64,000 nt of DNA from Candidatus Nomurabacteria bacterium (GCA_020632155.1 JACKGE010000002.1:21293-85292), one strand, 5' to 3'; positions 27,087-37,451 are shown, counted from the first letter of the stretch. Translations and numbers: made by a program. The notes: a model not told the origin generated them from the letters alone.

Positions 27087-28028
27087 CTAGAGTGCAATAC
27101 CGATGGCCTTGCGCACTTTGGTGATAGTCTGGCGTGATATTTCTTGTGCACGTTTCGCACCATCTGCCAAGACCGCCTTGACATCGTCATCACTAATTTG
27201 GGCACGCTTTTCACGCATTGGGGCTACAAACGCGTCGATATCTGAGGCCAACAACTTCTTTAGGTCGCCATAGCGTCCGGTGTGTTCAGTGTAGATGACC
27301 TCCAGTTCTTCTTCAGAGCGCAGTAAAGTATGTATAGCGTACACATTTTCCGGCCGTTCCCCAGCTGAGTCAGTTACGATGCTCATCACTGCCTTTTCTA
27401 TCTCTTCGGTGGTGCCAAAGAGTGGTATGGTGTTCCCTCTACTCTTACTCATTTTCTCGCCATCAGTGCCCGGTACAACGCCTACGCCATCAAGGATCAT
27501 TTCATTCGGTGTCTTTAGCAGTTCACCATAGGCCCGATTGAACTTGCCTACAGCCTCACGAGCATACTCGATATGTTGGCGCTGATCTTCACCCACCGGA
27601 ACCACGTCGGTATCGTAGAGAGCAATGTCAGCGGCCTGTAGCATAGGGTAGGTAAAGAGTCCGGCGTTGGCTTCAAGGCCCTTAGCCACTTTGTCTTTAT
27701 AGGCGTGCGCTTGCATGAGAAATGGTACGGTTACCATACAATCAAATACCCAGCCAAGTTCCATGTGGTCTTGATTGTCAGACTGTCTAAAGATAACCGC
27801 TTTCTTTGGGTCTACACCAACTGCCAAATAATCCTTGACTACATTGATGACGTTTTGCTGCATTTCTTTGGGGTCACGAAGTGAGGTGAGGGCGTGATAA
27901 TCAGCCACCATCAAAAAGCTTTCGTAGTCTTCGTAGATATCAGTAAAAGGCTTTAAGGCACCAAAGTAGTTACCGATATGTAGGGTGCCAGATGACTGGA
28001 GTCCGGTTAGAAGTCGTTTTTTACTCAT
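27087..28028 (-). CDS. trpS: Tryptophanyl-tRNA synthetase
   Basis: GLQSSGTLHIGNYFGAL and KMSKSRGN motifs. Confidence 0.9.
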   Translation of the reverse strand: MSKKRLLTGLQSSGTLHIGNYFGALKPFTDIYEDYESFLMVADYHALTSLRDPKEMQQNVINVVKDYLAVGVDPKKAVIFRQSDNQDHMELGWVFDCMVTVPFLMQAHAYKDKVAKGLEANAGLFTYPMLQAADIALYDTDVVPVGEDQRQHIEYAREAVGKFNRAYGELLKTPNEMILDGVGVVPGTDGEKMSKSRGNTIPLFGTTEEIEKAVMSIVTDSAGERPENVYAIHTLLRSEEELEVIYTEHTGRYGDLKKLLASDIDAFVAPMREKRAQISDDDVKAVLADGAKRAQEISRQTITKVRKAIGIAL

Positions 28029-28066
28029 TGGCTAGAATAGTACCAAAGATAGGTGTTAACTGAAAG

Positions 28067-29725
28067 CTACATTGCCAGCGGCAGTTCAATGGTAAAGGTA
28101 GAGCCCCTGCCCTCTCCTTCTGATGTAGCATAGAGGTCGCCTTTCATGGCCTGCGCCATAGTGCGCGCTACAAAGAGCCCAAGACCGGTACCGGTGACGT
28201 TTACCTCGTTGGCATTATGAGCACGCTCAAACTTATCAAATACGCTATGGAGAGTCTCTTCAGACATACCGATACCGGTGTCAGTAACCTCGACAAATAC
28301 CTTCTTGGTTTTTTTATCATCACGAACACGAACGTCAACAGAACCCTTCGGTGTGTACTTCATGGAGTTATCAATGATATTTTGGATGACCTGTTTGGTT
28401 TTGCCTATATCCGCATTCACTATTCCGCGGCCGTTTAAGTCTGATTTAAACGTAAGCAAAATACCTTTCTTGATACCCTGCGGCCTGAGTTCATCAACTA
28501 CAGACTCTGTGAGATCTTTGAGATTAAAATCCGAGTACTCATACTTCATGTTGCCGGACTGGATACGTGATACGTTGAGGTAGTCTTCTACTGAAAGGGC
28601 CATAAAACGACTCGAGTCAGCAATGTGCTGCAGCACCTCTTGTGCTTTAGGTGACACTTTTCCGTAGGTACCCTCAAGGAGCATTGACGTATAGCCGCGA
28701 ATAGACGTTAGTGGACTACGCAACTGGTGAGAAGCTATAGAGACAAATTCTGACTTCATTTGGTCAAGTTGTTTAAGGCGCTTATTGGCACGCTGCAATT
28801 TTTGCGCCAACGCCTCGATCTCTTGTCGTTGCTGAAATTCTTGTCGCACAGACCTGATAAGCAAAAAGCCAGCTATTGAAGTAAAGCCTAGTGTTATCAG
28901 TGTGATTGGTGTCGCTATCTCTGTGTCAACAAACAACAATGAACAAACTAATGCCCATAACACTGCGACAATCACTTGAGCGCCAGCTATCTGAGCACGA
29001 AAAGCGTTGAAGCGTACAACACTATACGCAATAAGGGCAGCGAAAAGTGGCATGCCAAACAATCCATACTGACTCAGTGTCCACTCGTCAGTAAAGCTGC
29101 TGATGATGTTTCCTGAAGTAAATGACAACAGAAACGTCACTAGGCCGATAGAAAAGTAAGTAGCAGAACGTTTTCGTTCTTGCATCAGCGGTATGTTTCT
29201 AAAGCTTACAGCCAATATCATGCATGTAAACAGCAGGTTCAAAAAGTAGGTATAGTACTTTGCTATAGGCCCTTCAATACTTTCGCAACTTGAAAGCTGA
29301 AGTGCCTCAAGGTTGAGTGTTGTTGGTAGTAGTAGAATGAGTGGCAAAAGTGCCCCCGTAACTATGAGCTGGTATCTTAATGGCGGCTGGTTTCCGTGAA
29401 AGTATATATAAACCAAGAAAAATGCAATTGCGTATACAAGTGGCTCAAGTAAAACCTGCAATGACCACGCAAACATCACCACTGCAGGGTCATTTGTTGC
29501 CCATAGGGCCACATCTAGCAGTGCCCAAACACTAAACAGTACTGCAAAAAATACAAAGAGTCTTGAGAGTAGCGCCTTGGGGTTATTTACAAATATTAGC
29601 AAGCTAACAGCCAAAGCGGAAAAGATCGCAATAAAGTGTGAGTAGTTAATCAACAGCGGTACGTTTGAAGATACGAAGAGAAATGTGGCTGATTCCCAAG
29701 GACAAAAAAGTGGTGACATAGGCAT
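28067..29725 (-). CDS. Sensor histidine kinase with a polytopic (about 8 TM) N-terminal sensor domain
   Basis: HisKA H-box FVSIASHQLRSPLTSIRGY, and HATPase_c N/G boxes (NIIDNSMKYT, DTGIGM, GTGLGL). Confidence 0.85.
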   Translation of the reverse strand: MPMSPLFCPWESATFLFVSSNVPLLINYSHFIAIFSALAVSLLIFVNNPKALLSRLFVFFAVLFSVWALLDVALWATNDPAVVMFAWSLQVLLEPLVYAIAFFLVYIYFHGNQPPLRYQLIVTGALLPLILLLPTTLNLEALQLSSCESIEGPIAKYYTYFLNLLFTCMILAVSFRNIPLMQERKRSATYFSIGLVTFLLSFTSGNIISSFTDEWTLSQYGLFGMPLFAALIAYSVVRFNAFRAQIAGAQVIVAVLWALVCSLLFVDTEIATPITLITLGFTSIAGFLLIRSVRQEFQQRQEIEALAQKLQRANKRLKQLDQMKSEFVSIASHQLRSPLTSIRGYTSMLLEGTYGKVSPKAQEVLQHIADSSRFMALSVEDYLNVSRIQSGNMKYEYSDFNLKDLTESVVDELRPQGIKKGILLTFKSDLNGRGIVNADIGKTKQVIQNIIDNSMKYTPKGSVDVRVRDDKKTKKVFVEVTDTGIGMSEETLHSVFDKFERAHNANEVNVTGTGLGLFVARTMAQAMKGDLYATSEGEGRGSTFTIELPLAM

Positions 29726-29728
29726 GTA

Positions 29729-29875
29729 TTATTCCTCTACCTCGGTTACCTCATCCAAATCATCGATAACTACAAAATCACGAACGACTACCATTTTGTA
29801 ATACGTTGCCGTTATTGACAGTAATATCAAAATAAATACGGTCCAGAGTAATGTGTTGGAATATTTTTCTTCCAT
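29729..29875 (-). CDS. Putative 48-aa small membrane protein immediately upstream of the histidine kinase
   Basis: Manual translation gives MEEKYSNTLLWTVFILILLSITATYYKMVVVRDFVVIDDLDEVTEVEE, with one TM helix; its stop lies 4 nt before the kinase start. Confidence 0.3.
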   Translation of the reverse strand: MEEKYSNTLLWTVFILILLSITATYYKMVVVRDFVVIDDLDEVTEVEE

Positions 29876-29977
29876 ACTGATATGCAGCGATTCTCAATGG
29901 GCTTCTTGTTATTCATGATACAGTATGAAAGTCAAAAAGATTTGTCGTTTGGGGATTTCTAAATAATTATTCTTCAT

Positions 29978-31072
29978 ATGTCTTCAGAAGCAAAAAGTCA
30001 GTTTGGAAAAGTTTGGTCATGTAATGAGTGGGACCCGCTTGAAGAGGTTATTGTCGGTACAGTTAAATATGCCACAGTTCCAAAATGGACCCCTTGGCTA
30101 GCCTCCACTACCCCGTCTCATGCCAAGTGGTTTTTTGAAAAATATGGAGGACAGCCCTTCCCCGAAGAGATGACCGAAAATGCTGAAGTTGAGTTAGATA
30201 ATTTATCTAATGTTCTTACAGAACTTGGTGTCACTGTGCACCGTCCAACACCCTTTGATTTTGGCCAAGAGTATCGAACGCCATGGTGGGACAGCCAAGG
30301 GCTGTATGCAGCTATGCCGCGGGACGTGATGATGGTTGTTGGAGACACGATTGTTGAGGCGCCTATGGCGTGGCGATCGCGTTACTTTGAAATATTTGCT
30401 TTTAGAGACCTTATTGAAAAATACTTTGAGGGTGGCGCTAAGTGGCTTGCGGCACCTAAGTCTTCCATGAGTGATTCTTTTTACCGACGAGATTACGATC
30501 CTGAAAACCCAACTATAGATGGTGTTCGTCAGTTTGTAATCTCGGAACGTGAAGTTTCATTTGATGCTGCTGACTTCACTCGTGTGGGCAAAGACATCTT
30601 TGTACAAAAGTCCAACGTTACAAATACTCTCGGTATTGAGTGGGTGCGACGCCATATTGGCGATGAGTACACCATTCACGAGGTTGAGTTTGGTGATGAA
30701 CATCCCATGCATATCGATACGACCATAGTTCCGCTTGCTCCTGGAAAGTTGATGATAAACCCGTCATGGGTCACTCGTGATCAAATACCAAAAATATTTG
30801 ACTCGTGGGAAATAATTGAAGCTCCAGAGCCGGTACATCCGTATGATAAAGCCCTCTACTTCTCAAGTGATTGGCTCACTATGAACTTTCTCAGTATAGA
30901 TGAACGAAGAATTCTAGTAGAAGAAAATGAAGCGCCTTTGATCGAATTGCTACGAAAACATGGTTTTGAACCAATTCCTATTCCGTTCCGCAATTTTTAT
31001 CCTTTTGGAGGCTCCATACATTGTGCTACTGCCGATATCAGGCGTCGTGGTGAGCTGAAGTCTTATTTCTAA
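29978..31072 (+). CDS. Amidinotransferase, close homologue of L-arginine:glycine amidinotransferase (AGAT/GATM family)
   Basis: Long co-linear similarity to AGAT as I recall it: NEWDPLEEVIVG, GVTV+RP.P.D, GLYAAMPRD, EAPMAWR.R.FE, FDAADF, GIEW+RRH, PMHID (catalytic His) and a C-terminal GGSIHCATADIRRRG (catalytic Cys). Confidence 0.85.
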   Translation: MSSEAKSQFGKVWSCNEWDPLEEVIVGTVKYATVPKWTPWLASTTPSHAKWFFEKYGGQPFPEEMTENAEVELDNLSNVLTELGVTVHRPTPFDFGQEYRTPWWDSQGLYAAMPRDVMMVVGDTIVEAPMAWRSRYFEIFAFRDLIEKYFEGGAKWLAAPKSSMSDSFYRRDYDPENPTIDGVRQFVISEREVSFDAADFTRVGKDIFVQKSNVTNTLGIEWVRRHIGDEYTIHEVEFGDEHPMHIDTTIVPLAPGKLMINPSWVTRDQIPKIFDSWEIIEAPEPVHPYDKALYFSSDWLTMNFLSIDERRILVEENEAPLIELLRKHGFEPIPIPFRNFYPFGGSIHCATADIRRRGELKSYF

Positions 31073-31079
31073 AATAAAC

Positions 31080-32078
31080 TTAACTTGCGATTACTATAGT
31101 ACCAATCACGATTAGTAAAATACCACTAACTTTAAGGTATTTAGCTGTACCTTTAAACGCCTCTTCATAAACAGGAATGCCTGTTTTCGCTAAGACACCA
31201 CCAATCACTAACGTAAACAAAGGGTGAAACGAATTCATCGTACTAACCAGCATAACTGAAGGACCAAACACAAGCGCTAGTTGATTGAAAAAAGCAGATA
31301 TCGCGTACAGACCTTCATTTAGTGTTTGTAACGCAATGATGTGAAACTTAAAGCTACGGACTCGATTCCAAAACTGAGAGCGGTATGGTTTCCACAGTAT
31401 CCATATCACAATGCTAAGTAACGCCATGCCAATTCCATTTCCAAGAAGTGCTGTAGCAAAATTACTGATCTCTGCAGCGTCTTTGAACAAAAAATATCCA
31501 AGGCTTATCAAACTTGAAGCTAAGAACATCAAGCCTACTGTTTTTTTGTCCAGTTGTTTTATTTCAGGTGAATAGTTTAGTAAAAACGCACCACACAAAA
31601 TGAAAAGCGAAGCTACTATGTGTATTGTTGTAGGAAATTCTGCGAATAACACATACCCAAATAAGAGCGCAAAAATTGGTACTGACTGAAAAAGTGGAGT
31701 TACTCGAAGTGCTCCACCACGTTGTAGTGCATAAAAATACGGTATTAGCCAAAGTACTTCAATCATTCCAGCTCCAACAGCGTTCACGAGACTTACTTTA
31801 CTGAAGATTAATGTCACGGAGTCAGTAAGACAAGCGGCCAAATACACGATTAAACTTATAACAAGACCAAAAAAACCCGAGACCAAAAGTAATTGACCAG
31901 GGGCGTCCATATCCAAAGATTCAGTCGTTGAATCAGTTGAAAGTCTTTGTAAAAGCAATTCGTCAATGAATCCAACACAAACGTCACTCAAAGTAGATAG
32001 TAGTGAAAAGATAACCCATGGCAAAGTAAAAAATAGCGTTGTCTTTGCAAACACATCAAGGGCAACAGAAAAATCCAT
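31080..32078 (-). CDS. Polytopic (about 10 TM) membrane protein, DMT/EamA-like transporter
   Basis: Two roughly 5-TM halves; hydrophobic profile and size consistent with DMT-superfamily permeases. Confidence 0.45.
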   Translation of the reverse strand: MDFSVALDVFAKTTLFFTLPWVIFSLLSTLSDVCVGFIDELLLQRLSTDSTTESLDMDAPGQLLLVSGFFGLVISLIVYLAACLTDSVTLIFSKVSLVNAVGAGMIEVLWLIPYFYALQRGGALRVTPLFQSVPIFALLFGYVLFAEFPTTIHIVASLFILCGAFLLNYSPEIKQLDKKTVGLMFLASSLISLGYFLFKDAAEISNFATALLGNGIGMALLSIVIWILWKPYRSQFWNRVRSFKFHIIALQTLNEGLYAISAFFNQLALVFGPSVMLVSTMNSFHPLFTLVIGGVLAKTGIPVYEEAFKGTAKYLKVSGILLIVIGTIVIAS

Positions 32079-32089
32079 GATTGATTATT

Positions 32090-32575
32090 TTATAAGAAAA
32101 ATAGTGTTACCAGTGGTACGAGGAGCCACCAAAAAAAGCTGCTTTCACTACCAAAGATAGATGCTACTGGTGAGCCGGGATCAACGAGGTCTGTTACCGG
32201 CAGTGCGTGGTAACTGTAGATGACTACGAGGATAGTAGCCAGTATTGCATACAAGAATTTCTTACCAAAACCCTCAAAGGCTTTTTCGTCGTATTCTCTT
32301 GGCATCAATCGATTAAACAGTAGATATGACAAAAAAGTAAAAACAATGAATACAATAACCATTAATACCGAAGTAGTCTTTGAGGACCCGCTACCACCGA
32401 CTATGTAGCTATAGTATGGGAACTCAAGTGAGATCAAAAGGGCCAAGTACAATCCCATAATGAGATTTATAAGGGTTTGTCTGCCTTTAATCATTGCCAA
32501 TGAAATAAACAGCAAAAGTACCACAATCACAAACAATGATTCTTGCAAAGCGGATATTAGTGCACTGGCATCCAT
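32090..32575 (-). CDS. Hypothetical 4-TM membrane protein
   Basis: ORF with 4 hydrophobic helices. Confidence 0.35.
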   Translation of the reverse strand: MDASALISALQESLFVIVVLLLFISLAMIKGRQTLINLIMGLYLALLISLEFPYYSYIVGGSGSSKTTSVLMVIVFIVFTFLSYLLFNRLMPREYDEKAFEGFGKKFLYAILATILVVIYSYHALPVTDLVDPGSPVASIFGSESSFFWWLLVPLVTLFFL

Positions 32576-32648
32576 ATGCTTAATTATACGTTTGCATTTT
32601 GAACAGTATCAGTACTGGGTGGATAACTATGTCCTCACGTAGTCTGGC

Positions 32649-33086
32649 TTAGTTCATGTGCTTTAGTGCATAAGCAGCAGCATTCTGAATATGTTTATAT
32701 CGATCATTCATTAACTTAGTGCCGCCGAACCAACGGGTGACACACACAATACAGTTAGTGACATTTTGCTTTTGCATGACGGAGAGAATGACAAGTCCGG
32801 CACCAGTTTCGCCATCATCACTCTTTGTCTCATAAATCGCGCCTTGATGTGATATACGAGCGGCCCACGAATTATGGTCTGCAGTGGCATATTTTTTCTT
32901 TGCTTTAAGTTGTTTTAAGAAACGCTGTATCTCTTCCCTGTTTGTGACGCGGCCAGTACTTACAGAGTAGCGACTTCCTCGGTCCTCAATGATCTGTTCA
33001 AAAAGTAAAAACGGTTCGATCGGTTCTTTGCTGTCACCAAAATCAAATTGCACAGATTGCTTGGGCATATATGCATAGTAAAACAA
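32649..33086 (-). CDS. IMPACT/YigZ-family protein (UPF0029)
   Basis: RGSRYSV...HNSWAARI...DDGETGAG...VCVTRWFGGTKL matches the YigZ N-terminal domain pattern. Confidence 0.7.
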   Translation of the reverse strand: MFYYAYMPKQSVQFDFGDSKEPIEPFLLFEQIIEDRGSRYSVSTGRVTNREEIQRFLKQLKAKKKYATADHNSWAARISHQGAIYETKSDDGETGAGLVILSVMQKQNVTNCIVCVTRWFGGTKLMNDRYKHIQNAAAYALKHMN

Positions 33087-33283
33087 AAGCCTCTTTGCAG
33101 CAGAAGTGCTTATTCACAAGTAGATTTTTTACGCATAGGGTCAAGTTTCTAACTATAATTGTCGTTGCACACCAATTCTAGCAAGAACTTCCTCCCCGGG
33201 CTCGCGGTTCGTCGCAGCAGTAAAAAGCTGCTCCTCACAACGCTCCGCCTCATTTAGCTAAAAACAAAATTGTTTTTTATACG

Positions 33284-34360
33284 CTAAATGCCTTCGTTTT
33301 TAAGTTCCTCTACCAGTTTTTTAGCTTTTCGTGAGAGTTTGGTTGGAATTTCAATACTGATCTTTACTAAGAAGTCACCACGACGGCTTCCGTTAGGAAC
33401 GCCCTTGGAACGAATCCGTAACATTTCACCATGTTTGATGCCGGCGGGTACTTTTATCTCAACTGTTTCGTCGAGTGTTTCTACACTGTACGTACCACCC
33501 AAAAGCGCATCACTTAACTTGATTGGTAGCGTACTTATCAGTGTATCTCCATCACGTTTGATACGATCGTGAGGCTTTACATGTATTTTTATATAGAGGT
33601 CGCCTGGGGTGCCGCCAGTCACCGCTTCACCGCGCCCGCTCATGCGAATTACTTCCCCGTTTTGAATACCAGCGGGGACGTTAATAGCTATCTCCTCTTC
33701 TTCGCGCACAATACCGGTTCCTGCGCAGTGACCACATTTTTCTTTTGGTATTGTGCCGCGACCTTGGCACGCACTACATTCACGTACAGTTGAGAAGCTG
33801 CCCATGACGCTTTGCCGTGTTTCTCGTATTTTGCCGTTTCCGTTACAGGTTGTGCAGGTCACCATGTCAGTGCCGTCTTTTGCACCAGTACCTTTACAGT
33901 GGCTACAAACATTGTTTTTAGTGAGTAAGACCTTACGGCTGGTCCCAAACACTGACTCCTTGAACGAAAGTTCGATATCGATAGAAATGTCGCGACCGCG
34001 CACTTGGCGCCCTCGCCCACCAAAACCACCGAACATGTCGCCAAAGTTCTCAAAGATGTCGTTGAGGTCAAACTCCATTCCCTGTCCGTTAAAACCCTGC
34101 GTGCCGCCCCACGAGAAGCCGCCAAATCCTTTACCACCACCAGCGCCTTGAAATGCGTGTCCGTAGGCATCGTATTCAGCTCGTTTTTTTTCGTCGCCAA
34201 GTACGGCATACGCCTCACTTATTTCTTTGAAACGCGCTTCATCACCGGTTTTTTTATCGGGATGATACTGTGCAGCCAACTTACGAAAGGCTTTTTTGAT
34301 GTCGTCACCGCTGGCGTTTTTTTCAACACCAAGGACTTGGTAGTAATCTTTTTGTGACAT
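33284..34360 (-). CDS. dnaJ: Chaperone DnaJ
   Basis: J-domain with HPD (QYHPDKK), G/F-rich region, and four CxxCxGxG zinc-finger repeats. Confidence 0.9.
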   Translation of the reverse strand: MSQKDYYQVLGVEKNASGDDIKKAFRKLAAQYHPDKKTGDEARFKEISEAYAVLGDEKKRAEYDAYGHAFQGAGGGKGFGGFSWGGTQGFNGQGMEFDLNDIFENFGDMFGGFGGRGRQVRGRDISIDIELSFKESVFGTSRKVLLTKNNVCSHCKGTGAKDGTDMVTCTTCNGNGKIRETRQSVMGSFSTVRECSACQGRGTIPKEKCGHCAGTGIVREEEEIAINVPAGIQNGEVIRMSGRGEAVTGGTPGDLYIKIHVKPHDRIKRDGDTLISTLPIKLSDALLGGTYSVETLDETVEIKVPAGIKHGEMLRIRSKGVPNGSRRGDFLVKISIEIPTKLSRKAKKLVEELKNEGI

Positions 34361-34370
34361 GTTGTTCTTG

Positions 34371-36275
34371 TTAGGTGTTGTCGTTCTTAGGTTCGTCGTT
34401 TACTTCTGCGTCCCGTACAGTTGGTTCGTCTGGGTCAGTATTGGTGTTTTTAGTAGTGTCACCGTCTGCTTGAGCAGCTTGCTGCATGATCTCTCCTATC
34501 TTTTGCAGCTCAGTTGATAACTCACTTGTTTTACTCTCAATGATAGCGGTGTCGTCTTTGTCTTTAACTTCCCGTAGCTCTGTCATCTTGGCTTCAATGG
34601 CAGTCTTTGTTTCCGCCGGTACTTTGTCACTGTGGTCTTTAAGTGCTTTCTCTGCAGTGTAGATGAGTTGATCAGCCATATTTCTGGTTTCGATGAGTTT
34701 TTTCTTCTTCTCATCTTCTCCCGCGTGTTCCTCTGCCTCTTTTTGCATACGCTCAATGTCTGTCTCTGACAAACCAGAATTAGCTTCAATACGAATTGAC
34801 TGCTCTTTACCGGTCGACTTATCCTTAGCCATGACGTTTAGAATACCGTTACTGTCCACATCAAACGTCACTTCGATCTGTGGTACACCCCGTGGCGCTG
34901 GCGGAATCCCATCAAGAATGAAGCGCCCCAGTGACTTGTTGTCAGTCGCCATTGGTCGTTCGCCTTGCGTAATGTGTATTTCAGTTGAGGTTTGATTGTC
35001 GGCAGCTGTTGAGAACACCTGTGTCTTCTTGGTAGGAATATGAGTATTCTTTTCAATGAGTTTGGTGGCCACACCGCCCATAGTCTCGATACCAAGTGAA
35101 AGTGGAATCACATCTACTAGCGTGATGTCTTGTACGTCACCTTGGAAGATACCAGCCTGAATAGCGGCACCAAGCGCCACAACTTCGTCAGGGTTTACAG
35201 TTTTGTTTGGTTCTTTACCAAACAGTTCTTTTACCGCGTTTACAATTGCTGGCATGCGAGTCTGACCGCCAACGAGAATAATCTCGTTAATTGAATCTTT
35301 TTTAAGACCAGAAGCTTCAAGAGCACGTTTGGTGATCTCGATTGAGCGGTCGATATACTCAGCAGCTAGTTCTTCTAGTTTGGCGCGGGTCAAAACAACT
35401 TGCATGTGCTTAGGCCCATCGCTGCCGGAAGTAATAAACGGAATGTTTATTTCGGTCTCACCAGAAGATGAAAGTTCCAGCTTGGCCTTTTCAGCTGCCT
35501 CATCAAGACGCTGAAGCGCCAGTGGGTCTTTGCCAAGGTCGATGCCTTCAACTTTTTTAAATTCAGCAATTAGGAATCGCACAATCTCTTGGTCAATGTC
35601 GCGGCCGCCCATGTGAGCGTCGCCATCTGTGGCTTTTACCTCAACCACATCATCACCAACCTCAAGAACGGTAACGTCAAACGTACCGCCACCAAAGTCG
35701 TAGACAACAAGCTGCTCATCTTTCTTTTTATTAAAGCCGTACGCAAGCGCTGCCGCAGTCGGTTCGTTGATGATTCGCTTTACGTCAAGCCCAGCAATTT
35801 TGCCGGCGTCCTGTGTAGCCTTGCGCTGAGCATCATTAAAGTATGCCGGTACTGTGATAACAGCTTCGGTTATTTTTTCGCCCGTCTTGGCTTCGGCATC
35901 AGCTTTTAGCTTTGAGAGAATCATGGCCGAAACTTCCTCCGGACGATAGTCCTTTTCGCCCATGTGCACGATGACACCACCGTCACTACCTGCTTTCACT
36001 TCATACGGGACGATGTCTTTGTCTTTTTGTACCGCAGTCTCGTCAAAATTGTGCCCCATGAACCGCTTAATGCCATAAATGGTGTTTTGTGGATTGGTGA
36101 CCGCCTGTCGTTTGGCAATTTGCCCCACCAGACGTTCTTTAGTTTTTGAGATCGCTACCACTGATGGTGTTGTACGATTTCCCTCAGCATTTTCAATGAT
36201 AGTTGGTTCCCCGCCTTCAATAATAGCCATTGCTGAGTTAGTTGTTCCAAGGTCAATTCCAAGTATTTTTGCCAT
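34371..36275 (-). CDS. dnaK: Chaperone DnaK (Hsp70)
   Basis: [17 protein letters not shown] and [11 protein letters not shown] Hsp70 signatures. Confidence 0.95.
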   Translation of the reverse strand: MAKILGIDLGTTNSAMAIIEGGEPTIIENAEGNRTTPSVVAISKTKERLVGQIAKRQAVTNPQNTIYGIKRFMGHNFDETAVQKDKDIVPYEVKAGSDGGVIVHMGEKDYRPEEVSAMILSKLKADAEAKTGEKITEAVITVPAYFNDAQRKATQDAGKIAGLDVKRIINEPTAAALAYGFNKKKDEQLVVYDFGGGTFDVTVLEVGDDVVEVKATDGDAHMGGRDIDQEIVRFLIAEFKKVEGIDLGKDPLALQRLDEAAEKAKLELSSSGETEINIPFITSGSDGPKHMQVVLTRAKLEELAAEYIDRSIEITKRALEASGLKKDSINEIILVGGQTRMPAIVNAVKELFGKEPNKTVNPDEVVALGAAIQAGIFQGDVQDITLVDVIPLSLGIETMGGVATKLIEKNTHIPTKKTQVFSTAADNQTSTEIHITQGERPMATDNKSLGRFILDGIPPAPRGVPQIEVTFDVDSNGILNVMAKDKSTGKEQSIRIEANSGLSETDIERMQKEAEEHAGEDEKKKKLIETRNMADQLIYTAEKALKDHSDKVPAETKTAIEAKMTELREVKDKDDTAIIESKTSELSTELQKIGEIMQQAAQADGDTTKNTNTDPDEPTVRDAEVNDEPKNDNT

Positions 36276-36307
36276 ATCGTAATTTCTTAAATATGAGTAA
36301 CGTAAGT

Positions 36308-36922
36308 TTAATTTTGGTAGGTACCCACAGTAACGCGTGCCGGTCTAAGTAGCGTTGCATAATTGCCTTCAGTGCGCTCATAACCAAGCTGCAGTACGGA
36401 AATGACCATGTGGTCGCTGGCGGCATCAGATACTGGTACGTTTCCCACCGCTTCGTGCTTGTTAGGGTCAAATACCTCTCCGGTTGGATCAAGTTCAGTA
36501 ACCCCAAACCCACTGAGTATAGTTTGCAATTGTCCGTAAATACCTTCTATGCCAGTTCGCCACTCTTGACTTACCGCCTGCCACTTCGCTTCGTCGCTCA
36601 TGGCCATGTGAAAACTGTCACATAGCGGCAGTAATTTAGTGATAAACGCATCAGTGGCCCGCTGTACGTCACGCTCGCGCTCATGCTCGAGGCGTTTTTT
36701 GGCGTTCAAAAAATCGGCTTTTACACGCTGAAGATCTTCGAGCACTTGACTGCGCTGCTCGTTGCATTCCTTTAGTTTGCCGCGCAGATCTTTTAGCTTA
36801 TCTGCCCCAAGTGTTTCAATTGCTTCGATCTCAGGGTCCTCTAGATGATCTTCTCCCGTGAACTCGATCTTTTCTGCCTGCTCGTCACGTTCCTTATCTG
36901 ACATAACGAACGCATTATACAT
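36308..36922 (-). CDS. grpE: Nucleotide exchange factor GrpE
   Basis: GrpE-like coiled coil plus C-terminal beta domain; position upstream of dnaK. Confidence 0.85.
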   Translation of the reverse strand: MYNAFVMSDKERDEQAEKIEFTGEDHLEDPEIEAIETLGADKLKDLRGKLKECNEQRSQVLEDLQRVKADFLNAKKRLEHERERDVQRATDAFITKLLPLCDSFHMAMSDEAKWQAVSQEWRTGIEGIYGQLQTILSGFGVTELDPTGEVFDPNKHEAVGNVPVSDAASDHMVISVLQLGYERTEGNYATLLRPARVTVGTYQN

Positions 36923-37159
36923 TTTGTTTTTATGTAAGTCAAAAATTAGAAAACATAGTCTTTACTTGAGTATTTTACGTACAAGAGTATTGTCAACTAT
37001 TGAAAAAAGTTGTGTACTAACAACTCCTCTTGTCAGATTGCTACAATGATGGTGCCACTGATGTTTCAGTGGGAATGTGCTGAGAATGCTCTCGTTAGTT
37101 TTCTCGCCAGCCTTGGAACTCTGGTAGACGTGCGCGCAAGCGCACCTCACGCCAGCCTA

Positions 37160-37320
37160 CTTAGGTTCTGTGTTGGACAAGTAGTGAAATGCACATGCAC
37201 CCTCGTGGTACATGGTCCGTGGAGGTTGGGTTCGTTCCTCGAACTTGATCGGACAGCAAAACAGTTTCCGCAACACAGACCAAAAAACTCCCTTCGGGGA
37301 GTTTTTTGGTACGCTGTTTC
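37160..37320 (+). ncRNA. Candidate structured RNA of about 150 nt ending in a strong intrinsic terminator; family unknown and strand assignment tentative
   Basis: Closing stem ggttctgtgttgg / ccgcaacacagacc enclosing several sub-hairpins (e.g. gtgcgc-GCAA-gcgcac just upstream, gttcg-ttcct-cgaac), then aaaaaactccc-ttcg-gggagtttttt at 37282-37307. Confidence 0.3.
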
Positions 37321-37376
37321 AACCTTAAAGGCTGGCGCCCCAAACGATAAAAATGAAGTGCGGAACAAGGCGGACA

Positions 37377-37422
37377 AGAAAAAAGACCCGAGTGGGGCAA
37401 CAGCCCAGGCAGGGTCTTTTTT
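37377..37422. terminator. Intrinsic terminator downstream of rpsI (minus strand); could also terminate plus-strand transcription
   Basis: aaaaaagaccc...gggtctttttt nested GC hairpin flanked by A and T runs. Confidence 0.65.
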
Positions 37423-37451
37423 CGTAGGACAACGCAGTTAAGCATTCATTT

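Noticed and set aside
36923-37060. HrcA CIRCE element (TTAGCACTC-N9-GAGTGCTAA) upstream of grpE-dnaK-dnaJ
   Set aside because: No CIRCE-like inverted repeat present; only a half-matching HspR HAIR-like site (CTTGAGT-N7-gtACaAG) was seen, reported with low confidence.
37000-37450. Assignment of the rpsI-grpE spacer to tmRNA, RNase P RNA, SRP RNA or 6S RNA
   Set aside because: I looked for diagnostic motifs: a tmRNA 5' GGGG...tRNA-like 3' T-arm/ACCA; RNase P GGAAAGUCCGG plus ACAGAANCCGGCUUA; SRP domain IV GGAA-capped AGCAGCC. Only weak partial resemblances (e.g. ACAGAACC on the minus strand, GUGAAA) in the wrong order or context. Left as an unclassified candidate.
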